Shown here in pieces: positions 57,910 to 64,000 of a stretch of 64,000 nt of DNA. The stretch covers positions 64,001 through 128,000 of the forward strand of contig CAWHDZ010000016.1 of NCBI GenBank assembly GCA_963828255.1, read 5' to 3'. This DNA is from an uncultured delta proteobacterium (GTDB taxonomy: Bacteria > Myxococcota > Myxococcia > Myxococcales > Anaeromyxobacteraceae). Position numbers and translations under genes: made by a program. The notes beneath the pieces are model-generated. The model had not been told where the DNA came from. It did no database searches and worked only from the letters and a program-made list of their open reading frames with translations. Position 1 is the first letter of the stretch, and each line of letters opens with the position of its first letter.

Positions 57910-59001
57910 TCAGTACTCGTCGAAGTACTTCTGGATCTGGGCGACGTCCTTCGTCTTCGTGAGCGCCATCTGTAGAAGTACGCGCGCCTTGGGCGGATTC
58001 AGCTCCATCGCGGCCACGAACCCGAGCTTGTCGTCGTCGAGCTCGACGTTCCGGGCCACGGTCCCGGAGCCGACCCGGGAGCTGCGAACCACCACCACGC
58101 CCTTCTTCGCCGCCGCGGCCAGCGCCTGGATGAGCGGGTCGGTGCCGTTCCCGTCCCCCACGCCGGCGAGCACGATCCCCTTCGCCCCGGCGGCCAGCGC
58201 GGCGTCGACGAACTCGGGACCCACGTTGGCGTGCGCGTAGACGATGAACACCTTGGGGAGGGTGTCGGGGACGCTGCCGGCGAAGACGCTGCCGCTCGTG
58301 TGCCGGGGCACGGGCGGCGAATAGAAGGTGGCCTTGCCGAAGAGCACGATGCCGGCGCGCCCCCGGTTGGGCGACACGAAGGTCTGGAGCGAGGTGGAGT
58401 TGGTCTTGGTGGCCTCGCGCGCGTAGTGGATGTCGTCGTTCATCACGATGAGCACGCTGCGGCCGCGAGCGGCCGGGTCGGCGGCGACGGCGGCGCCGTT
58501 GTAGAGGTTCATGGGGCCGTCGGCGGAGATGGCGGTGGCCGGCCGCATCGAGCCGACCAGCACCACCGGCTTGTCCCCCTTCACCACCAGGTCGAGGAAG
58601 TAGCCGGTCTCCTCCTGGGTGTCGGTGCCGTGGGTGATGACGATCCCGTCCACGGAGGGGTCCTTCTGCAGCTCGTTCACGCGGCGTGCGAGCTTGATCC
58701 AGACCGCGTCGTTCATGTCCTGGCTGCCGATGCTGGCGATCTGCTCGCCCTTCACGGCCGCGATCTTCTCCATCCCCGGCACCGCCTGGATGAGCGACTC
58801 CACCGAGAAGCTGCCGGCCTTGTAGCCGGCCTCGCCCGCCTTGGGCTGGGCCCCGGCGATGGTGCCGCCGGTGGCCAGGATGGTCACGGTGGGCTTCGCG
58901 GGCGCGAGCTTCTGGGCGGCCTGCGCCAGTCCGGCGGTGGGAATCCAGGCCGCCAGGGCGGCGGCGGCGATGCTGCCGATGATGCTTCGCAGGTTGGTCA
59001 T
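57910..59001 (-). CDS. ansB: Periplasmic type II L-asparaginase
   Basis: Signal peptide; ATGGTIAG, HGTDT, SADGPMN and LNPPKAR motifs; start ATG 59001. Confidence 0.93.
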   Translation of the reverse strand: MTNLRSIIGSIAAAALAAWIPTAGLAQAAQKLAPAKPTVTILATGGTIAGAQPKAGEAGYKAGSFSVESLIQAVPGMEKIAAVKGEQIASIGSQDMNDAVWIKLARRVNELQKDPSVDGIVITHGTDTQEETGYFLDLVVKGDKPVVLVGSMRPATAISADGPMNLYNGAAVAADPAARGRSVLIVMNDDIHYAREATKTNSTSLQTFVSPNRGRAGIVLFGKATFYSPPVPRHTSGSVFAGSVPDTLPKVFIVYAHANVGPEFVDAALAAGAKGIVLAGVGDGNGTDPLIQALAAAAKKGVVVVRSSRVGSGTVARNVELDDDKLGFVAAMELNPPKARVLLQMALTKTKDVAQIQKYFDEY

Positions 59002-60470
59002 GATCCCTTTCCTTCCTTCTCCGTGCCGTGCTCCTTGAACCACACCTCGTCGTGCTTCATGGCCTTGGCCCCGGCGATGCCGGGCTTCGTCATCTCGAAC
59101 GGGTCGAGGATGGCGTCGAGCTGCTCCTTCGTGAGCACCTTGTCGCGCAGGATCAGCTCCCGGACCGGCTTCCCGGTCAGGTTCGCCTCCCGGGCGATGC
59201 GGGCGGCCGTCTCGTAGCCGACGTGCGGGTTGATGGCGGTGATCACGCCCACGCTGCCGTCCACGTAGGCCTTCATGCGGTCGGCGTTGGCGGTGAGCCC
59301 CTCCACCAGGAACTTCCGGAAGACCACGAAGACGTTGGTCATGATCCCGATGGACTGGAGCAGGTTGAAGACCAGCACCGGCTCCATGACGTTGAGCTCG
59401 AACTGCCCGGCCTCGGAGGCCAGGCAGATGGTGTGGTCGTTGCCGATGACCTGGAAGGCCACCTGGTTCACCACCTCGGCCATGACCGGGTTCACCTTGC
59501 CGGGCATGATGGAGGAGCCGGGCTGGCGCGCCGGGAGGTTGAGCTCGAAGAGGCCGCAGCGGGGGCCGGAGGCCATCATCCGCAGGTCGTTGGCGATCTT
59601 GGAGAGGTTCATCATGCAGACCTTCAGCGCCGCCGAGACCTCGGTGTAGCAGTCGGTGTTCTGGGTGGCGTCGACCAGGTCCTCGGCGGTCCTCATGGGG
59701 AAGCCGCTGATCTCGGCCAGGTACTTCACGACGGCGGTGATGTAGTTGGGATCGGCGTTCAGGCCGGTGCCCACCGCGGTCGCCCCCATGTTCACCTCGA
59801 GCAGGTGCTTGCCGACCAGCTGGATGCGGTCCAGGTCGCGGCCGATGACGCGCCGGTAGGCGCCGAACTCCTGCCCGAGCCGGATGGGCACCGCATCCTG
59901 GAGGTGGGTGCGCCCCATCTTGATGATGCCGTGGAACTCCTTCTCCTTGGCCGCGAAGGCCTCGTGGAGCTTCCTCAGCTCGACGCCCAGCGAGCGCCCC
60001 AGGTCCAGCGCCGCGATGTGGACGCCGGTGGGGAAGGCGTCGTTGGTGGACTGGGCCATGTTGACGTGGGAGTTGGGGCTGACGACCTTGTAGTTCCCCT
60101 TCGTCTCTCCCAGGAGCTCCAGCGCCCGGTTGGCGATCACCTCGTTGGCGTTCATGTTGATGGAGGTGCCGGCGCCGCCCTGGATGGGATCGACGATGAA
60201 CTGGGCGTCGAGCTTGCCGGCGATGACGTCGTCGGCCGCCTTCGCGATGGCGTCGGCGATCTTCGCGTCCAGGTGGCCGGTGTCCCGGTTGGCGAGCGCC
60301 GCGGCCTTCTTCACGACGGCCATGGCCCGGATGAGGGCGGGGTGCAGCGGGAGGCCGGTGATGGGGAAGTTCTCGGCTCCCCGCAGCGTCTGGACGCCGT
60401 AGTAGGCGTCGGCGGGAACCTCGCGGTCGCCCAGGAAGTCGTGCTCGATGCGGAACGGGGTAGAGGCCAT
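58998..60470 (-). CDS. aspA: Aspartate ammonia-lyase
   Basis: YYGVQT, QGGAGTS, GRTHLQDA, GSSIMPGKVNP and GQFELNVMEP motifs. Confidence 0.95.
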   Translation of the reverse strand: MASTPFRIEHDFLGDREVPADAYYGVQTLRGAENFPITGLPLHPALIRAMAVVKKAAALANRDTGHLDAKIADAIAKAADDVIAGKLDAQFIVDPIQGGAGTSINMNANEVIANRALELLGETKGNYKVVSPNSHVNMAQSTNDAFPTGVHIAALDLGRSLGVELRKLHEAFAAKEKEFHGIIKMGRTHLQDAVPIRLGQEFGAYRRVIGRDLDRIQLVGKHLLEVNMGATAVGTGLNADPNYITAVVKYLAEISGFPMRTAEDLVDATQNTDCYTEVSAALKVCMMNLSKIANDLRMMASGPRCGLFELNLPARQPGSSIMPGKVNPVMAEVVNQVAFQVIGNDHTICLASEAGQFELNVMEPVLVFNLLQSIGIMTNVFVVFRKFLVEGLTANADRMKAYVDGSVGVITAINPHVGYETAARIAREANLTGKPVRELILRDKVLTKEQLDAILDPFEMTKPGIAGAKAMKHDEVWFKEHGTEKEGKGS

Positions 60471-60481
60471 GGGAGTCTCCG

Positions 60482-61798
60482 TCAGGCGAGGAAGAGCTTC
60501 GAGAGCAGGAGCCCGACCGTCACCGAGACCACGGAGGCGGCCAGCCCGGGAAGCATGAAGCTGTGGTTGAGCAGGTACCTGCCGATGCGGGTGGTGCCGG
60601 TGCGGTCGAAGTTGATGGCCGCGACCAGAGTCGGGTAGTTGGGCAGGAAGAAGTAGCCGTTCACCGCCGGGAACATCCCCACCAGCGCCCAGCCCGGCAT
60701 CCCGATGGAGACGCCCAGGGGCACGAGCGTGCGGACCGTGGCGGCCTGGCTGTAGAGCAGGATCGACATGACGAAGAGGGCGATGGCGAAGGTCCAGGGG
60801 GCGCCCTGGACCATGGCCGTGAGCGGCCCCTGCACCGCCGCCTGGTTGGCCTTGAAGAAGGTGTCGCCCATCCAGGCGACCCCGAAGATGGCGATCACCG
60901 CCTGCATGCCGGCCAGGAAGACCGAGCCGGTGGCGACCTTCTCCGGCTTCGCCTTGCAGAAGATGACCATCAGCGCCGCCACCGAGAGCATGACCATCTC
61001 GATGGCGTCGGCCATCTCCATCTGGACCTGCCGCCCCGAGACGTCGAAGGTGGGGCGCAGGGCGGGCACCGATCCGAAGAGGACGATGGCGACCGCTCCG
61101 GCGACGAAGAGAACCACCGAGACCTTGGCCTGCCAGGTGGCGGGTGGGCGGGCCGTCCGGGTGGGCGCCTCGACCTCTCCCGCGGCGAGCCGGCGCTGGT
61201 ACTCGGGGTCCTGGTCGAGCTCCTTGCCCAGGCGGCTCGCCACGAGCGCGCCGGCCAGCACGCCGCAGAGCGTGGCCGGGATGGCCACGGCCATGAGGCC
61301 TCCCAGCGTGATGCCGGCCCCGGAGACGAGGAGGAGCAGCGCCACCGTGGCCGCCGAGATGGGGCTCGCCGTGATGGCCTGCTGCGAGGCGATGACCGAG
61401 ATGGAGAGGGGGCGCTCCGGGCGCACGCCCGCCTCGCGCGACACCTCGGCGATGACCGGGAGGATGGCGTAGGCGACGTGGCCGGTGCCGGCGAAGAGCG
61501 TGAAGACGTAGGCCACCAGCGGGGCCACGAAGGTGATTGCCGGCGGGTGCTTCCGGAGCGCCCTCTCGGCCAGGTCCACGAGGTAATCCATCCCGCCCGC
61601 GGCTTGCAGGGTCCCCGCAGCGGTCACCACCGCGGCGATCATGAGCATGACCTCGACGGGTGGATCGGAGGGCAGGTCGCCCATCAGGAAGGCGAGGATG
61701 GCGACGCCGAGCCCGCCCATCATCCCCAGGCCGAGGCCGCCGTAGCGGGCCCCGATCACGATCATCGCCAGGACGACGACCAGCTCGATCCAGAACAT
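60482..61798 (-). CDS. Anaerobic C4-dicarboxylate transporter (DcuA/DcuB family)
   Basis: GTGH, RPERP, ITASPISAA, SQAAT, DRTGTTRIG and NHSF motifs; start ATG 61798. Confidence 0.93.
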   Translation of the reverse strand: MFWIELVVVLAMIVIGARYGGLGLGMMGGLGVAILAFLMGDLPSDPPVEVMLMIAAVVTAAGTLQAAGGMDYLVDLAERALRKHPPAITFVAPLVAYVFTLFAGTGHVAYAILPVIAEVSREAGVRPERPLSISVIASQQAITASPISAATVALLLLVSGAGITLGGLMAVAIPATLCGVLAGALVASRLGKELDQDPEYQRRLAAGEVEAPTRTARPPATWQAKVSVVLFVAGAVAIVLFGSVPALRPTFDVSGRQVQMEMADAIEMVMLSVAALMVIFCKAKPEKVATGSVFLAGMQAVIAIFGVAWMGDTFFKANQAAVQGPLTAMVQGAPWTFAIALFVMSILLYSQAATVRTLVPLGVSIGMPGWALVGMFPAVNGYFFLPNYPTLVAAINFDRTGTTRIGRYLLNHSFMLPGLAASVVSVTVGLLLSKLFLA

Positions 61799-61865
61799 CG
61801 GTACCCCCCGGGATGGAGAGCCTACGGCTTCAACCAAGGCCCGAACAGGAAGGAAATCAGTCCAA

Positions 61866-61910
61866 CCCGAGTGGGGCCGGGAATTGTCCCAGTTCCCGGG
61901 ACCGATCGGG
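61866..61910. promoter_or_regulatory. Inverted repeat in the divergent dcu / carbonic anhydrase intergenic region
   Basis: CCGGGAA-N9-TTCCCGG (61877-61899), flanked by CCCGA/TCGGG. Confidence 0.4.
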
Positions 61911-61953
61911 TACGTCACGCACCGTGATAGAGAACCCCGAGGAGGCAACCCGC

Positions 61954-62571
61954 ATGAGCCATGACCCCACTCCCCGTTTCACCGCCGCCGAGGCGCTCGA
62001 CCGGCTCCGCGCCGGAAACGCCCGGTTCGTCCGCGGGGAGGCGCGATTTCCCACGGTGAGGAAGGAGGTCCTGGCCGCGCTCGCGAAGGAGCAGCACCCC
62101 CACGCCACCATCCTGGGGTGCAGCGACTCCCGCGTCCCGCCGGAGCTCATCTTCGACGCCGGATTCGGGGAGCTCTTCATCGTGCGGCTGGCGGGCAACG
62201 TCCTCTCGCCCGAGGTGACCGGCACGCTCCAGTACGCCGGCACCCACCTCAGGACCCCGCTGTTCCTGGTCCTTGGCCACGAGGGATGCGGAGCGGTCCA
62301 GGCGGCGCTGGAGGTGAAGTTCCGCGGCGTCCGGCAACGCAGCCGGATCCAGGCGTTGCTCGAGAACCTGCTGCCCGGGCTCGAGGGCATCGATCCCGCC
62401 GCGTCGCCGGAGGAGCAGCTCCGCGCCGGCGTGGAGGCGAACGTGCGCTTCACGATGCGGCAGATCATGGCCACGCCGGAGGCGCAGGCCAGGGCGGCCG
62501 AGGGCGTCCTGCAACTCGTGGGCGCGGTGGCGGACATCGCCACCGGCTCCGTCCGCTTCCTGGAGTCCTAG
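61954..62571 (+). CDS. Beta-class carbonic anhydrase
   Basis: GNARF, CSDSRV and HEGCGA zinc motifs; GGAGG RBS before ATG 61954. Confidence 0.93.
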   Translation: MSHDPTPRFTAAEALDRLRAGNARFVRGEARFPTVRKEVLAALAKEQHPHATILGCSDSRVPPELIFDAGFGELFIVRLAGNVLSPEVTGTLQYAGTHLRTPLFLVLGHEGCGAVQAALEVKFRGVRQRSRIQALLENLLPGLEGIDPAASPEEQLRAGVEANVRFTMRQIMATPEAQARAAEGVLQLVGAVADIATGSVRFLES

Positions 62572-64000
62572 CCCTTCGCAGGCGCCGCGGGGGGGGGTGG
62601 AGGGATGGTGGGGACCGGCGCCTTCTCCTGCCAGCCGCCGCCCAGCGCCTTGTAGAGCTGGACCAGGGCGACGAGCTGGTCCCGGTTGGTCTGGGCGAGT
62701 GTCAGCTCGGAGTTGAAGAGAGAGCGCTGGGCGTCGAGCACCTCGAGGTAGTTCGAGACGCCGCCGTCGTAGCGGTGGCGCGCCAGCCGCTCGGCGGTCG
62801 TCGACGCCGTCACCTGGATCTCCGCCTGGGCCGCCACCTCGCCGAGCTTGCGGACGCTCACTGCGGCGTCGTTCACCTCGCGCCAGGCCGTGATGACCTG
62901 CTGCCGGTAGAGCGCCACGTACTCGTCGAGGACCGCCCAGGCCGCCTCCTCCTGGGAGGCCAGCCGTCCGCCCTCGAAGATGGGGGCGACCAGGCCGGCG
63001 CCGACGCTCCAGAGGAGACCCTCGGGGCTGAAGGTCGTCGCCAGCGAGGGCCCGGCGAGGCCGATGATGCCCTCGAGCGAGAGCTTGGGGAGACGGTTGG
63101 CGACGGCCACCCCCACGTTGCTCGTCGCCGCCATGGCCCGGCTCTCGGCGCGGCGGATGTCCGGGCGCCGCTCGAGGAGCGCCGCCGGCACGCCCATGGG
63201 AAGCACCGGAGCGACCTGCTGCACCGGGGCCTTGGCTCGAGGAATGGGTCCCGGCGGCCGTCCGAGGAGGACCGACATCTGGCTCTCCTTGAGGGCGATG
63301 AGCCGCTCGGTGGACGGGATGGCGGCGGCGGTCACGGCCAGGTCGGCCCGGGCCTGGTTCACCTCCAGGTCGTTGCCCACGCCGCCCAGGGAACGCTTGG
63401 TGAAGAGGTCGAGGGTGCCCTGGCGGGTGTTGGTGTTCCTCTGCGCCACCGCCAGCTCGACGTCGAGCTCCATGAGCTCGGCGTAGGTCTGGGCCACGTC
63501 GGCGACCAGCGTGAGGACCACGCCGCGCCGGAACTCCTCGGTCGCCAGGAGCTCGGCCCGGGCGGCGTCGGTGGCGTTGCGGACGCGCCCCCAGATGTCG
63601 AGCTCCCAGGACATGCCCAGGTTCACCGCGAAGGACCCCGAGGGGCCCTGGCCCGGGACGTAGTTCTTGGCCGACTGCTGGCCATAGCCGCCGGCGGCGC
63701 CGAGCCCGATCTGTGGGTAGAAGTCGGCGGCAGCGACCCCCACCTGCGCCCGGAACGCGGAGACGCGGGCGGCGGCGACGCGAAGGTCCTGGTTGCTGCG
63801 CAGGGCCTCCTCGATGAGCCCCTGGAGGATGGGATCCCGGTACATCTCCCACCAGGCCAGATCGGCGATGGAGGCCGCCTCGGCCGGGCCGAGCGTGTAG
63901 CGGAAGGCGGTGGGCACCTCGGTCTCGGGGCGCTGGTACTTCGGCCCCACGGCGCAGGCCGAGAAGGCGAGGAGGGCGACGGCTGCGAGCGATCTCGTCA
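62568..64000 (-). CDS. RND efflux outer-membrane factor lipoprotein (NodT/OprM-like); start codon cut by window edge
   Basis: (M)TRSLAAVALLAFSAC lipobox; WELDIWGR, LLERRPDI and LYKALGGGW motifs. Confidence 0.93.
   Translation of the reverse strand, partial: TRSLAAVALLAFSACAVGPKYQRPETEVPTAFRYTLGPAEAASIADLAWWEMYRDPILQGLIEEALRSNQDLRVAAARVSAFRAQVGVAAADFYPQIGLGAAGGYGQQSAKNYVPGQGPSGSFAVNLGMSWELDIWGRVRNATDAARAELLATEEFRRGVVLTLVADVAQTYAELMELDVELAVAQRNTNTRQGTLDLFTKRSLGGVGNDLEVNQARADLAVTAAAIPSTERLIALKESQMSVLLGRPPGPIPRAKAPVQQVAPVLPMGVPAALLERRPDIRRAESRAMAATSNVGVAVANRLPKLSLEGIIGLAGPSLATTFSPEGLLWSVGAGLVAPIFEGGRLASQEEAAWAVLDEYVALYRQQVITAWREVNDAAVSVRKLGEVAAQAEIQVTASTTAERLARHRYDGGVSNYLEVLDAQRSLFNSELTLAQTNRDQLVALVQLYKALGGGWQEKAPVPTIPPPPPAAPAKG

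Overview
Very GC-rich bacterial chromosomal DNA, densely coding (about 63 genes). Gene content suggests an Anaeromyxobacter-like Myxococcota organism (inference only). In order: (1) a LolD/LolE/LolE/LolA-like ABC module with an outer-membrane (OM) barrel; (2) DUF302 and a four-lipoprotein CsgG/PEGA-like/DUF4810/DUF799 cluster; (3) a RAYT-like HUH (Y1) transposase followed by a 108-bp inverted-repeat element; (4) maeB, a GT4 glycosyltransferase, a nitronate-monooxygenase/FabK-like gene and plsC; (5) a cyclophilin-hypFCDEAB operon with no hydrogenase structural genes in the window; (6) an M49 peptidase and lysE; (7) a cbb3 oxidase locus with an unusual CcoO-cytochrome c fusion and a heme-less CcoP N-terminus, plus ccoQ/G/H, DsbD-like, ccoI/S; (8) an OM barrel/GDPD lipoprotein/OM barrel trio; (9) a metallophosphoesterase, SDR, GNAT and S46 peptidase; (10) an MlaEFD/PqiC (Mce) operon; (11) argJ, a LppP-META-Cys-rich fusion, PAP2 and DUF4395-thioredoxin; (12) a Tsx/AzgA/UraA nucleobase uptake operon; (13) an ATP-grasp/esterase pair and an acyl-CoA ligase; (14) a dcu-aspA-ansB-dcaP operon, a beta-carbonic anhydrase and an RND OM factor. 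Four genes have apparent 1-nt deletions, three of them in G7/C7 runs, most likely long-read homopolymer errors. Many genes look leaderless. I saw no rRNA, tRNA or CRISPR array. All family calls come from motif recognition by eye; no searches were run.
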